DNA of 64,000 bases, taken from the IMG/VR virus record IMGVR_UViG_3300031834_000001, positions 1-64,000 of that record; one strand, written 5' to 3'. Positions 19,976 to 31,541 of the stretch are shown piece by piece. The translations under genes and the position numbers were made by a program. Origin of the DNA: a virus. The notes beneath the pieces are model-generated. The model saw only the letters and a program-made list of their open reading frames with translations, ran no database searches and had not been told where the DNA came from. Numbering within the stretch: position 1 is the first letter of the stretch; every line of letters begins with the position of its first letter.

Positions 19976-20132
19976 GGACCTTCTTGGGTTGGCTCGGCGT
20001 CACCGTCGGCGTGGCCATTATGGGCTTCGGCATGTTCATGTGCGGTTACACCTGGCCCGAGGGGCTTGGCTACGTGGCGATGGGGGCGTTCGGCTCCGCC
20101 GTAGCCGGATTGTCCTACGAGGAGGCAAGGCG

Positions 20133-20594
20133 ATGATGGCGCGGAGACTGCTCCACTCTCTGTGGGGTGCGTACTGTTGGTTTCTCGACGTTGTGGCGGG
20201 TTGGCTCGCCGTCGTCTGTGGCATTGGGATGTTGGCTTTTGGCGCGTTCACGCTAGGTCTGTCCTTCGTGGTGCCCGGTTGCCCCTGGTCCCTCAGACTT
20301 CTCTTCGTGGCCATGATGCCACTCGGCGGAGCCATGGCCGCGATGTGCTACGAGGGCATCCAAGGACGTCCGTCGATGAGCCCGAGGTGGAAACGGGTTG
20401 GCCGGGGCCTCTGGGAGATCAAGGGGTCTACGCGGTCGGGGTCCGTCGAGGATCGTGGCCGGAGTGGGTGGGCGTGGGGCGCATGGGGCAACTGGGACGG
20501 CAGTCTTGCTGGCGCGGGTTGGGCCCCCACCCTCCTCCTCGCTCAATTGGCCGTCGAGGAGTACGTGTGCGGACGGAGGGAGGGCGTATCGTGA
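20133..20594 (+). CDS. Membrane-associated hypothetical protein
   Basis: Two TM segments; C-terminal TLLLAQLAVEEYV. Confidence 0.65.
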   Translation: MMARRLLHSLWGAYCWFLDVVAGWLAVVCGIGMLAFGAFTLGLSFVVPGCPWSLRLLFVAMMPLGGAMAAMCYEGIQGRPSMSPRWKRVGRGLWEIKGSTRSGSVEDRGRSGWAWGAWGNWDGSLAGAGWAPTLLLAQLAVEEYVCGRREGVS

Positions 20595-21004
20595 CCAATC
20601 GCAACGTGTTTACCCCCTCAACCTACACGGTCGAGGAATGGAGGGCCGAGGCCGTCCGCAGGTTCGGGCCGGTCGAGGAGGGCAACTGGTCCTTCGTCTG
20701 CATGATCTGCGGCCATGTCCAGTCCCCGGCGTCCATTAAGGCCAGCGGCTACGGCGATCCGAACCGCGCCTACTCCGAGTGCTACGGGCGCGGAACTAGG
20801 AAGGACCTGTCCCGTGGACAGGGGAAGCGCGGCCGGCCTGGCGACTGCGACTGGAAGGCGTATGGGCTGATAGCGGGCCCCGTCAAGGTTATTCTGCCTG
20901 ACGGTGGGGAGAACTTCGCCTTCGACTTCGCGCCGGAGAAAGCGACGGTCCCGGAGGGCTTCGTCATGCCGACCCCGGTAGCCAAGGAGGTATCCCAGCC
21001 ATGA
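20591..21004 (+). CDS. VVA0879-family-like protein
   Basis: EEWRAEAVRRFG...WSFVCMICGHVQS...ECYGR...CDWKAYGL. Confidence 0.7.
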   Translation: MTNRNVFTPSTYTVEEWRAEAVRRFGPVEEGNWSFVCMICGHVQSPASIKASGYGDPNRAYSECYGRGTRKDLSRGQGKRGRPGDCDWKAYGLIAGPVKVILPDGGENFAFDFAPEKATVPEGFVMPTPVAKEVSQP

Positions 21005-24000
21005 CCCCCGCCCTCTTCGCGATCATCATCGCCTTCCAACTCCTCCATATCGCCACGGACATCCTGGCCGCCCGGTCGCTCAGTCGGTCCACGGTCCTCT
21101 ATGCCCGCGCCAGACTCGACGGGAACGAGGTTGTCTGCGGTTGCCGGTTGGACTCGGAGGATGGGGTTCCACCTTGCCGCACGGATTGCCAGGTCGTCCG
21201 GGTCATCGTGGATGGGAGGCGGAAGCCGTGACCGTCTACGTCCGATCCATCGACCAGCATGTCTACGCCCGGACTAGTCACGCCCTGGTCCAATTCTCTC
21301 GCCACGTTGACTTGCCGCCCGGCGCGGATCCCGAAGCCGCAATGTGGGCCGACGTGGCCACGTCCTGCCCGCTGTCCAGGGAGAGGGCCGCATCCCGGTA
21401 TAACGCGACGTGGCAGGAGGCCAAGACGTACCTGGAGGGCCGCCACGGTTTGTACATCGTCTGCGACTCGGCCCTTATGACTTTCATGCTGCCCAACGAC
21501 CGCCCGCTGACCGTGCCGATCCTGGCCGCCGTGAGGGATAAACGGTCCGTGGTCGCCGTGCTGGCCCGCGACTACCTGGCCGACAAGGCGAGTCTGCTTC
21601 GCATCCGGGCGGGCGTGGCCGACAGGGAGGCCGAGGTTATCGAGGGTGACGCCAGGCGGACATGGCCCTGGCGACGCCGCAAGTTGTCCCTGGCCGCCGA
21701 GAGACGCCGTGGACGGGCTGAGGGGCTGAGGCGGGCCGTCGAGGATTTGGAGACGGTGGGAGACCGGGAGGGAGAGGTTAGCGTTGGCGACTGAGGACAC
21801 CTGGAACGAGCGCAGCCGGACCCTGCCCGCCGGGTTGACCTGCGCCCACTGTATGAGCATGGTCTTCTGCGCGGACAAGTTCGACCGGACGCCCGAGGAC
21901 GCCACCTGTGTTTGGGAGCCTGGGCGCTTCCGAGTAAGGGTGGAGTTACACCTGGAGGCCGTGGCGGGACTGGCGGCTTACCGGGAGGCGTTGGAAAACG
22001 TAGGGCGCCGCACGTGCGGCAACCGTTGGGATGCTGGTTGCGCTGCATGCTCCTCCGTCGGTAACAAGGTTCCGCAGGAGTGGTGCGCTGCCGTTGACGC
22101 CTTGAGGGATGCCCTCGCCTCCCCCGACCTCCTCGCCGCGGTCCGTCGCCTCCAGTCGGAATTGGCCGCCATGAGGGACCGGCGGTGCGAGACGTGCGGG
22201 CGATGGGCCAGCCTCGCCCACCTGTTCCACTTGAGGGGCAAGGGCGAGTGCGTCCGCACTAGCGGCGACGATGGGGAGTCGGTCCACCTGTACGGCCTCC
22301 CCCGGTACATGGCCGCCGACCATCCCGGTTGCTCCCACTGGATTGCCCGGCAAACCACGAAGGACGGTGAGACCCCATGACCACCCGTCCGCCACGCTCC
22401 CCCAGAAGGTGTCTGGGCTTCGGGCCGCACGAAGGGTCCTGCGAGAACACGGCGGGCACGCCCTGGACGCCCTACTGGTGCCCCCGGTGCGACACGTTGA
22501 GGCGGGAACACCTGGACCGCCAGTTCGAGGCGTTGGCGGCCGAGTTCGGACTTGAGGACAAGGAGGCGACGCCCCATGCCTGACACCCCGAGCGGACTAG
22601 TCGCCAGGTTGAGACTGGCCAAGAAAGCCATCGACGCGGCCCGAGACCTACGCAGCGCCGCACGGTGGCACGTGGCCGGCGTCGTCGGCGATGCGGAACT
22701 CATGGCGGAGGCCGCCAGGTGCGGCAGGAAGACCGCCGCCTTCGACAAGGAGGCGGGCCGGGATGACTAAGCCCTCCCGCTCTCCCCAACTCCCCCTCTC
22801 TTTCGTGCCCCCGACGCCAGCCGGGTCAGCCAGGCCGGGTAGGGGTAAGCGGCCGGGGAAGGGTGTCCTGAAGGAACCTCCCGTCGCGGATCAGCATTCC
22901 CAACCGGCGGAGACTCGGCCACCATGCTACCAACTGGCCGCCCAGGATGGGGTTAAGGAGTGCCGGGCCTGCAATGAGGACCAGGTCCGCCGGGTGAATG
23001 GGCGATGCTGCCCCTACGTCCGGGATGGCCGAGGAGTTTGGACGTGCCGGAAATGCAAGGTGGATGAGTGCGCCGAGAGGGGTTGCCCATGACGACCATC
23101 GACGCTCGGCCATTTTGCCCCTACGAGGTGGCCACGCCTGCCTGGCTGGCCGAGCATTGCCACGCCGCCCGGAAGGGTGTCTGCATCGGGTCACGCCACC
23201 TTCGCCGGGAGTGTTGGGCGGAGTGGCTCAGTCACCAGGATGCCCGGACGGGCCAGTTTCCATGCGACATCAAGGAGGGGTCACAGTGACAGCCGATCAC
23301 GTCTTCTGCATCCACCACATCGCCACCGAGGAGAACCCGGCGGGCACGGACTGCTCCGCCCACATGATTGAGGCCAGGGTGTTCGCCTGCCCCTACACGT
23401 CCATCGAGGATGCCAAGGCGGACAAGTGCCCGTGCGAGGACGCCGAGGAGTTCACCGGGGACAAGGAGGTTGACCATGGCCATCATTAAGCCCCTGAGCG
23501 ACCGCGAGCTCCAGGACATCGAGGCGACATGGATGGACCAGGTCATCCCGTCTTCGGTGCTCTCCAATTCCGTCATGTTCGCCACTCTTACCCGCTACCG
23601 CCTGGCCCTCCACCGAGCCACGGGGGACCTCTGCTGGGAGCCGGATGAGTGCCCGCAAGCCGTTTACAACTGGGCGGCCTCGCCATGCCGGGGCGGCTCA
23701 TGTCCCCTGCCCGCCGGGGCCGACCATGGCCCACAATCCCGTCTGTGTTGGGCCGAGTACTACCTGCGGGAGGAGGTGGGCGACGGTGGCTAAGCCCGAC
23801 TCAACCGCCGCGCCCCGCAAGCCCGACTGGGGCATCTTCGGTGGCCGCCTGTTGGCCTTTGACGCCAAGTCGGTCGGGGCGATCAATCCGTGGGAGGACG
23901 CCAGGGTTCTCGGCTCGGCCAAGGTGTCCGAGGATGGGACGCTTACCGTGACCATCCAGGCCGAGGGGTTACTCCTGGTGGGCGATGCCCTCGGGGAAGT

Positions 24001-24061
24001 CCTGGACGACATGGCGCGCGGCGTGGCGGGCCAGGTGGGCCAGGGAAACGAGGTGGGCTAG
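21001..24061 (+). other. Run of coupled small hypothetical genes, many Cys-rich
   Basis: ATGA/GTGA overlaps with RBS (e.g. 21228-21794, 21784-22380, 22377-22583). Confidence 0.6.
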
Positions 24062-24063
24062 CG

Positions 24064-24558
24064 GTGGCTCTTAACGCCGGTCTCATGTCGTCGCACAAAG
24101 ACGACTGGGAAACGCCGTGGGACTTCTTCCGGCGGCTCGATGCCGTCTACCATTTCGACCTAGACGTTTGCGCCACGCCCAGTAACGCCAAGTGTCCCCG
24201 GTTCCTGACGCCGGAGGATGACGGCCTGGCGCAGACATGGGACGGTGTCTGCTGGATGAATCCGCCGTACGGGCGAAACATCGGACCTTGGGTGGCCAAG
24301 GCCCACGCCGAGAGTCAACGCGGAGTCACGGTGGTCTGTCTCATCCCGGCCCGCACGGATACCCGTTGGTGGCATCGGCACGTCATGAAAGCCACGTACA
24401 TAGCGGTTGTCCCTGGGCGCATCAAGTTTGTCGGGGCCAAACAGGATGCCCCGTTCCCTTCTGCGGTTGTGGTATTCGGGCCCGGCCCCAAGCCGCCGTT
24501 GCCCACATTGCTTCCCAGCCTAACCATCCCGGACGAAGGAGTTGACCACAATGTCTAG
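24064..24558 (+). CDS. Phage N6-adenine DNA methyltransferase (Dam-like)
   Basis: DDWETP, FDLDVCA, WMNPPYG, LIPARTDTRWWH, APFPS. Confidence 0.93.
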   Translation: MALNAGLMSSHKDDWETPWDFFRRLDAVYHFDLDVCATPSNAKCPRFLTPEDDGLAQTWDGVCWMNPPYGRNIGPWVAKAHAESQRGVTVVCLIPARTDTRWWHRHVMKATYIAVVPGRIKFVGAKQDAPFPSAVVVFGPGPKPPLPTLLPSLTIPDEGVDHNV

Positions 24559-25840
24559 GCTTACTCTGGAGTACGACGCAAGGACTCATAAATTCCGTTT
24601 CCTCCTCGAACGCGACGCCGAAATTGTCGCAGCTCGGCAGATTGACCTGCCCCGGTTGGCCAAGCGCCTCCTCGGCCGCCTGGCCTTCGTGGCGGCCCTG
24701 CTCATTATGGCTACCCACCCCCTCCCCTATCGGCATGTCTGGCAACCCGTGTCGGCGAGGGGTGGCCCGGCCATCATGTCCGCCGAAGCGGGTCCATCCA
24801 CCCTGCCCACCATGGCCTCCTCCCCCGTCGCCTACCACGGGGCCGCCAAGGGTGTCCTGCCAGCCTACGTGACCACGCAGGGCGACGAGCACCCCGTCCC
24901 CACTGTCGCCAACCTGCCGACGCCGCCCGACTCGCCCGGTCTGGAGCTCTGGACGTACCAAGCCGCCGGGGGAGAGACGCTGGCCAGGATAGCCCAGGCC
25001 GCCTCCGTGAGCCGGGAGTGCATCGACGCCCTCAACCCCGGGGTCACCCTGGCCGTTGGCGCGAGACTCCTTCTCCCCAGACCGGGTTGTGAGGTCATAG
25101 TCTACCGGGCCACCGGCGGGGAGTCCCTGTCCGACCTGGCCGCCTTCTGGAGCACGGAGAGAGTCGCCGCCTACCTTGGCCCCAATGGGAGCCCCGAGGC
25201 CGGGGCCATGACGGAACTCTGGTCCTCCCAGGAGGTCCGGGTGTTCCTCGCGACTCGGCCAGGGATGCGCGAGGTCACCCTGGCCCAACTGGTGGCCGAC
25301 AACGGGCTCGACCCCAGGGTGCCTCTGGCTCCCGGCCAAGTCGTCTACGTCCAGTTGACCCGGCCGTCAAAGGAACTCCAGGTGAAATCTGCGGCCGGGT
25401 GGACCTACATCGGTTGCAACATGGGGCTTCCCGTGGCAGGCACGCTCAGCCAGTCCTACGGGGGGGATGGGCGGGGCCATAGGGCCATCGACATCGCGGC
25501 TCCCGAGGGGACGCCGATAACCTGCGTCCGGGATGGGGTGGTCGTAGAGGTCGGCTACGATGACGGCGGCCTCGGGATGTTCGTCCGCGTGGTCCACGTT
25601 TTCGGCGAGGACGGCCTGCCGGTCCTGGAGACCATCTACGGTCACTGCTCCGGCTATAACCCGGCCGTCGGCGAGATCATCCCTGGCTTGGGAACCACGG
25701 TCCGCCAGGGGGACATGATCGGCAAAGTCGGCAACAACGGCAACTCGACGGGGAGCCACACCCATTTCGTGGTCAGGGTGAACGGGCAACCCATGCCGCC
25801 GCTGTGGTTTGTCGCGCCTTACGGGGGGCCGGGAGAGTGA
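24551..25840 (+). CDS. LysM/M23 peptidoglycan metallopeptidase
   Basis: N-terminal TM; LysM-like GETLARIA...LNP; M23 motifs HRAIDIA, YGH, GNSTGSHTHF. Confidence 0.88.
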   Translation: MSRLTLEYDARTHKFRFLLERDAEIVAARQIDLPRLAKRLLGRLAFVAALLIMATHPLPYRHVWQPVSARGGPAIMSAEAGPSTLPTMASSPVAYHGAAKGVLPAYVTTQGDEHPVPTVANLPTPPDSPGLELWTYQAAGGETLARIAQAASVSRECIDALNPGVTLAVGARLLLPRPGCEVIVYRATGGESLSDLAAFWSTERVAAYLGPNGSPEAGAMTELWSSQEVRVFLATRPGMREVTLAQLVADNGLDPRVPLAPGQVVYVQLTRPSKELQVKSAAGWTYIGCNMGLPVAGTLSQSYGGDGRGHRAIDIAAPEGTPITCVRDGVVVEVGYDDGGLGMFVRVVHVFGEDGLPVLETIYGHCSGYNPAVGEIIPGLGTTVRQGDMIGKVGNNGNSTGSHTHFVVRVNGQPMPPLWFVAPYGGPGE

Positions 25841-27291
25841 CCGATCTCACCGCCCCCGTCCTGCTCAACATCGACTGCCGCGAGGGCCTGGCCGGATTGG
25901 CGGGCGAGTCGGTGTCGTGCGTGGCGACTTCGCCTCCCTATTGGAATTTACGAGATTACGGCGGTTGGCGGATGCAACTGGTCTGGGACGGAACCTGGGA
26001 CGACTTCGCCCTCCCTCAACGTCCTAGCCGACGCCGGGTTGCCCGTCTTCGTTGGATGACCAGGGCCGCCCGGGAGGGTATCGTCTGGAGCCGGGGACGC
26101 AAGGCCCATATCTGCGCCCTGGGCATGGAGCCCGACCCATCCCTCTACGTCGCCCACCTGGTCTCCATCTTCCGCGAAGTCCGGCGGGTTCTCCGGTCCG
26201 ACGGGGTCCTTTTTGTGGTGATCGGAGACAGTTGCTGCTCTACCGCCCCCAATACATGGGGCGACCCCCTTCGTCAAGAGGGTATCCTGGCCGGCGTGCG
26301 AGATGCGACCGCTGCGGCACGCAAACGCTACAGACCGGCCGTGCCATCCGGCCTGAAGCCAAAGGACGCCGTCGGGATTCCCTGGATGCTCGCGTTCGCC
26401 CTGCGCGACGACGGGTGGTACCTGCGCCCGGAAATCATCTGGGCGAAGGGGGCATCCTTCGGGGCCTACGTCGGCAATCCCATGCCGGAGAGCGTGAAGG
26501 ATAGGCCATCCCGGGCCCATGAGTATGTCTTCCTGTTGACCAAGTCGGAGAGGTATTTCTGGGACCACTACGCAGCGAAGGAACCTGCTCGGGTCCACGC
26601 CGGGGCGGCTGGCACCTTTAGGCGGGAGCACTCCAAGCGGGCCGTGGCCATGCCTGGGCAAACGTACGGGACGCATCGTCCCGACCGCCCCGATACGGAG
26701 CAGACAGGTTCGCGCAACCTCCGCTCAGTCTGGACGATTCCTCCCGAGCCCTTTTCCGCCCGGTTCCTCATGGCCCACGGGGACGCCGAGTTCCCCGAGT
26801 CCGACCACTACGCCACCTTCCCCCAGGACCTCGTGAAGCCCATGATCCTCGCGGGGTGCCCGGAGAGAGTGTGCCCCGAGTGTGGGAAGCCGTGGGAGCG
26901 GTTGACCGAGAAGACACGGACATTCGAGAGTGGATCCGGTCGGGCTGGCCGTGCGCCGAAGGGTAAGCATCCCGGCGGGTGCCAGGGTGGCGGCGCGACT
27001 TTGGACGTTCGCCGGGGGCCAGTTGTTCACACTCGTACCCTTGGCTTCTCGCCCACCTGCCCCTGCGGCCGGTCCGACTGGCTCCCCGGCATCGTCCTGG
27101 ACCCCTTCTCCGGCACGGGCACCACGCTCCTTGTGGCCCACGCGTTGGGCAGGCGGTCCATCGGGCTCGACATGTCGGCGGCGTACTGCGAATTAGCCCG
27201 GCGGCGACTAGCCGGACCCCTGTTCGCCGCGGTGGCCGAACCTGTCATGCCGCCGGAGCCCACCCTGTTTGGAGAGGAGGCGACGACTTGA
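25837..27291 (+). CDS. DNA methyltransferase, N4C/N6A beta class
   Basis: TSPPYW, HYATFP, VLDPFSGTGTT; Zn-ribbon insert CPECG...CPC. Confidence 0.93.
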   Translation: MTDLTAPVLLNIDCREGLAGLAGESVSCVATSPPYWNLRDYGGWRMQLVWDGTWDDFALPQRPSRRRVARLRWMTRAAREGIVWSRGRKAHICALGMEPDPSLYVAHLVSIFREVRRVLRSDGVLFVVIGDSCCSTAPNTWGDPLRQEGILAGVRDATAAARKRYRPAVPSGLKPKDAVGIPWMLAFALRDDGWYLRPEIIWAKGASFGAYVGNPMPESVKDRPSRAHEYVFLLTKSERYFWDHYAAKEPARVHAGAAGTFRREHSKRAVAMPGQTYGTHRPDRPDTEQTGSRNLRSVWTIPPEPFSARFLMAHGDAEFPESDHYATFPQDLVKPMILAGCPERVCPECGKPWERLTEKTRTFESGSGRAGRAPKGKHPGGCQGGGATLDVRRGPVVHTRTLGFSPTCPCGRSDWLPGIVLDPFSGTGTTLLVAHALGRRSIGLDMSAAYCELARRRLAGPLFAAVAEPVMPPEPTLFGEEATT

Positions 27292-27902
27292 CGGCTGACC
27301 AGATCAAGCAGGCCCTCTATGCCCACTTTTCGGGTCCAACACTCGCCCTGTTCCCCGAACTCAGAACGGGAGTCGGGAACCACGAGGACGCCGGGAGGTT
27401 CATCGACCTTTGGGTGATGGATGTGCGCCCGTCGCGCCGCCTCATTCGGACCGCCGTGGAGATCAAGGTTAGCCGGAGCGACTTCTCCAACGAGATGCGC
27501 CATCCCGGCAAGCGGCGCATGGCCCTCCGGCACTCAAACGAGTTCTGGTTCGCCGCGCCGAAGGGGCTAATCCTGCCCACCGAGTTGCCCCCGGAGGCCG
27601 GGCTTCTTGAAGTGGGCGACGATGGCCGGGTACTTAAGACCGTCCCCGCACCGTTCCGGGAGACCCTGCCGCCCACCTGGCTCTTCATGGCTTCCGTGGT
27701 CCGCCGGGCGTCCAGGGTGGAGCGGGATGCCGTGGAGCGTCGGTGGCAAGCCGTCAGGGGCGTCCTGCGAGTGCTCGAAAAGGCGAGGGACGTCAAGGGG
27801 GCGGGGTGGCCGCGTCCGAGCACGATCACCATGTCTCGCGAGGAGTACGAGGCGGTCTTCTACGCCCTCCAGAGGCAATTCGACGAGGAGGTCGAGCCAT
27901 GA
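27288..27902 (+). CDS. MmcB-like PD-(D/E)XK nuclease
   Basis: RFIDLW...AVEIKVSRSDF...FWFAAPKGLI...ELPPEAGLLEV. Confidence 0.82.
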   Translation: MTADQIKQALYAHFSGPTLALFPELRTGVGNHEDAGRFIDLWVMDVRPSRRLIRTAVEIKVSRSDFSNEMRHPGKRRMALRHSNEFWFAAPKGLILPTELPPEAGLLEVGDDGRVLKTVPAPFRETLPPTWLFMASVVRRASRVERDAVERRWQAVRGVLRVLEKARDVKGAGWPRPSTITMSREEYEAVFYALQRQFDEEVEP

Positions 27903-28170
27903 CCGCCCATTTTCCCAGCTCGCCCAGAAATCCCGGCCCTCTACGCTGCCCCAGGACGGGCGATAACGGGCCGCTTAACCCTCCAGGACCTCCTGGGAAT
28001 TATCGTCGTTCCTGGGGCTTCCTAGAGCCTCACGGCAAACGGGGGTTTAGCAGGGACGGAAGGAGTTATGTGAACTCCGGGAGGGTTCGGGAGGGTAAAC
28101 GTGGGATAGGCCCGCGACAAAAGGCCAGGTAGACGACGTTTGGCGAGAACGAGGAAGGGGGACGTGGAGG

Positions 28171-28701
28171 ATGTTGCGTGCGCTGACAGTTTGGCAGCCC
28201 AACGCGAGTCTGCTGTGCATGCCCGACTTGAAGGGCGTGGAGAACCGGAAGAAGCGGACTCATTACAGAGGTGAACTGGCGATCCATGCCGGGCTCAAGG
28301 TGGACGAGGAGGCCATGGCGGGACTGTATGGACTGGTTATGCGGCTACGGAACGCCGACGGTCCCCTATCTTCCCTGTTCAAGCCGGGAGTTCGGGTGCC
28401 CGAGCCCGGCCGGACCACCATCGCCCTCGCCGATATCATCGACATGTGGAAGCGGCTACCCGCGCCGACGGCCAAGCCGTTCCACCTGGACCTGCCCCTC
28501 GAAGCCGTCGTCGGCGTCATCGACCTCGTTGACTGCGTGACGGAGTCCGGCTCCCCCTATTTCACCGGGCCATTCGGATGGGTGAGGGCTACCCCGCGAC
28601 TCCTGCCCACCCCGGTGCCGTGCAAGGGCATGCAAGGCATATGGTTCCTGCCGGACGAGGTTGAGGCGGCGGTAAGGGGACAACTCGAAGGGAGAGGTTG
28701 A
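28171..28701 (+). CDS. ASCH-domain protein
   Basis: ALTVWQPNASL...KGVENR...YRGELAIHAG...PCKGMQGIW. Confidence 0.88.
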   Translation: MLRALTVWQPNASLLCMPDLKGVENRKKRTHYRGELAIHAGLKVDEEAMAGLYGLVMRLRNADGPLSSLFKPGVRVPEPGRTTIALADIIDMWKRLPAPTAKPFHLDLPLEAVVGVIDLVDCVTESGSPYFTGPFGWVRATPRLLPTPVPCKGMQGIWFLPDEVEAAVRGQLEGRG

Positions 28702-29225
28702 CGTGAAGGTCATACTTGCCAGGCTATACCCAAGCCCCGAGATTGACCTCGTGTCCGAGAACATCTGGGACGACGAGGCGCTTAGACGCTACGTGGCCGA
28801 TGGAATCGCGATGGAAGCCCGGCTGCTGGTCAGTCTGGAGCATATGGCGCTACCCGTGGGACCCGAACCTCCCGTCAGGCTTCGCTTGACGGCTAGGGAG
28901 GTCAAGAAGGCCAAGCCGGAAGGGGGCGGCCCGGCATGACCGACCACGCCCTGCTCGACGTGTCCGGCTGGCCCGCCGTGTCGTTTGTTCCGGCCGGGGA
29001 GTACAACGGGGACGCGCTAATCCCGGCTCCGGTTCCGAACCTCTGCGCCGGCGTCTCCTTGGTGGGCCTCTATCGCGTGTCCCTCGACGACCTCCTGGCC
29101 GCCAAGGTTGCCCAGATACCGAAGACGATTACCTGCCCCGCCGGGGTGTTTGCGTGGCACCGGACGTCCACCTACGGCTTCTGCGCCTACTACGTCAGGG
29201 TAAGCGAAGAGGGGAGAGGTTGAGC

Positions 29226-29654
29226 ATGGATACCGACGCCGCCTATGCCGCCCGGCTCATGGCGGAGACCGATGAGGGCCTGGCCACCGAGGTCATGGGG
29301 TGGTCCCTCTCACCCACCGGGCACCACTGGTACGGCCCGCCCGATGAGAAGGGCCGGACGACATTGGTGGCCGCCGCCGAATGTTGGCACCCCTCCTCCG
29401 ACTGGGCCGACCTGGGCATGGCGCTCGACAAGGCGACCACGCCCGGCGAGGATGGCCAACGGATCGCGGGACGCTTCGTCGCCTGGCCGACGCCGGAAGG
29501 TTGGAGCGCCGAGGTGCCCGTGGCCAGGTCAGTCTACGCCAATGGCTATGGCCCCACGAAGAAGGCCGCATTGGCCATGGCCATCCTGAGCGCGGCGAGG
29601 TTGAGACGGAAGGAACGGGAGATGCAGGTTGGACCAATTGGAGGCGATGCTTGA
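29226..29654 (+). CDS. Phage ABA-sandwich-like domain protein (paralog 3)
   Basis: LATEVMGW...WHPSSDWADLG...ALAMAILSA. Confidence 0.7.
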   Translation: MDTDAAYAARLMAETDEGLATEVMGWSLSPTGHHWYGPPDEKGRTTLVAAAECWHPSSDWADLGMALDKATTPGEDGQRIAGRFVAWPTPEGWSAEVPVARSVYANGYGPTKKAALAMAILSAARLRRKEREMQVGPIGGDA

Positions 29655-30024
29655 CATGCCCGACATCGACACCCTGAGCGGCCAGGAGTTAGACGCCGCC
29701 GTGACCGAGGAGGTTCTCGGTATCTCGATTAGGGTTGTGCCGCCAGACATGGCCCTATCGCCCTCCATCTTCCCCACGAAGCCCAAGCCCATCTCCTCCG
29801 ACTGGGCAGCCCACGGACTCCTGGTGGAGAGGTTGGAACACCTGGGCTTCCTGTGGGCCATGGAGCAGACGCTCTGCGAGTCAAAGATGAGGTCCAGCAT
29901 CGTCTACGGCGTCCGGGTCCGAGTCTCGCCCGGCGTAAGCGGCTACGGCCACTCCCGGGACCTCCGGGAAGCCCTGGGCCGCGCCGCCCTCAAGGCCGTC
30001 AGAGCGAGGGAGGCTATGGCATGA
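29647..30024 (+). CDS. Phage ABA-sandwich-like domain protein (paralog 4)
   Basis: GQELDAAVTEEVLG...SSDWAAHGLLVERL...GRAALKAV. Confidence 0.7.
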   Translation: MLDMPDIDTLSGQELDAAVTEEVLGISIRVVPPDMALSPSIFPTKPKPISSDWAAHGLLVERLEHLGFLWAMEQTLCESKMRSSIVYGVRVRVSPGVSGYGHSRDLREALGRAALKAVRAREAMA

Positions 30025-30706
30025 AACGCACCTTGTGCGAGTGTGACGCCTGCGGGGCTCGGGACGCCCTGGAAGTCACGGTGGTCGTGGGCCGTTGCGC
30101 GGACCCCTCTGGCCACGGCTACGAGGCGAGCACGGACACCGTGGACCTCTGCCCCGCCTGTCTGGTCAGGGAGTTGCGGGGCGTACTTGGGACCCTGCAT
30201 TGGACCGCCGTCAAGGATTGGGTAGCCGAGATTCGCAAGAAGGGACGGGCGGCCGCCGATGGCTAGCGACACCTGCGGAACCTGCTTCACCTGGGCCGCC
30301 CGCAAACGCCGCCGCTACCCACGCGGACAATGGGGAGCCTGCCACCACTGTTCGACTAGGCGACACGGTTGGCTCTGGGCGGGCGAGAAAGCCTGCGAGC
30401 TCTGGGAGAGGAGGGCGGCAACGTGACCGAGGAGGACTTTGACGCCGCCGCTTTTGAGTGGCACCTATCCCTCTACCACCGCCTAAAGCCGGAGGACGTG
30501 GAGGTTACCGACGTTCCCGGCTACTGGCGCATGGTAATCCCGTGCGCCGGGCGGCCCGAGTGTGGGCAACCGATCCATTTGGCCATGTTCAACGAGGACC
30601 CCATGAAGCACACAGTTTACTATCTGGACCACGACCGCGACGGAAGCGGCAGGTTCCTCAGCCCTTACCGGACCTGGCGGGCGCTCTGGGAGAGGAGGGA
30701 GGCCAA

Positions 30707-31036
30707 GTGACCTTCTCCCCCGAGCACGTTGCGATGATCCTGGCTGGCCGGAAGACTGAGACGCGCCGGTTAGGCATGACGCCACCCCGCTACCGTGTCG
30801 GTCATGTCTACGCCGTCCAACCCGGCCGGGGTCGGGCCGCCGTGGGCCACATTCGCATCCTGGACCTCGACCGCCAAATGGTTCGCGAGGTGTCCAATCT
30901 CCAGGCGCGGGCCGAGGGGTATGACTCTGTCTTCGAGTTCTGGTCGGCGTTGAACACCGTGAACGGCCGGGAGGTCCGGGCCGACGAGTGGGTCACGGCG
31001 TACAAGTTCGAGTTGGAGGAGGAGACTACCCGGTGA
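30707..31036 (+). CDS. ASCH-domain protein
   Basis: MILAGRKTETRR...YAVQPGRG...ARAEGY. Confidence 0.82.
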   Translation: MTFSPEHVAMILAGRKTETRRLGMTPPRYRVGHVYAVQPGRGRAAVGHIRILDLDRQMVREVSNLQARAEGYDSVFEFWSALNTVNGREVRADEWVTAYKFELEEETTR

Positions 31037-31541
31037 GCGAGGTTACGAGGCTTGTCCTACTGAGACAATCCGTCCAGGCTGACGTGGATGCCTCTGAGGC
31101 CCTGCTCGCCTGGCTTACTCTGGAGCGCAACAAGACTCCCCGGTGGAGATTGCGGATTCGGTGCCACCTGGCCCGGCGGATCGACAAATGGAAACTGATG
31201 GCCCAGGTTTACGAGGGAGTCGTGCGGCGGATTGAGCAGACGCGATTGGACGCTCGGGCCGAGTCGGAGACAGAGGAGGATTCCCGATGACCGAGGCCAT
31301 GGGGCTCGGCCGACTGGAGAACGCCGTCCGGGCTAACCTGGCGGACGCCGAGAGGGTGGAGCGCCTTCTTCGCGAGAGGCTTGCCCTAACTCCTTGGTGG
31401 CAATGGGACCTCCGGCGAGCCAGAGGGAAAACGGCCACCCTGTACTTCGGGATGGTCAAGGGTTACAGGGTAGTCCTGGAGCTCATCGAGTGGACGCGCA
31501 TCCGGGACGCCCGGGCCCAGTCGGAAGCGAAGGGGAGTTGA
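31033..31541 (+). other. Two tandem paralogous genes (31033-31290, 31287-31541)
   Basis: Shared TP(R/W)W...IE(Q/W)TR..DARA.SE. Confidence 0.65.

Noticed and set aside
24551-25840. Endolysin of a lysis cassette
   Set aside because: Located among middle genes between methyltransferases, N-terminally anchored, with no adjacent holin
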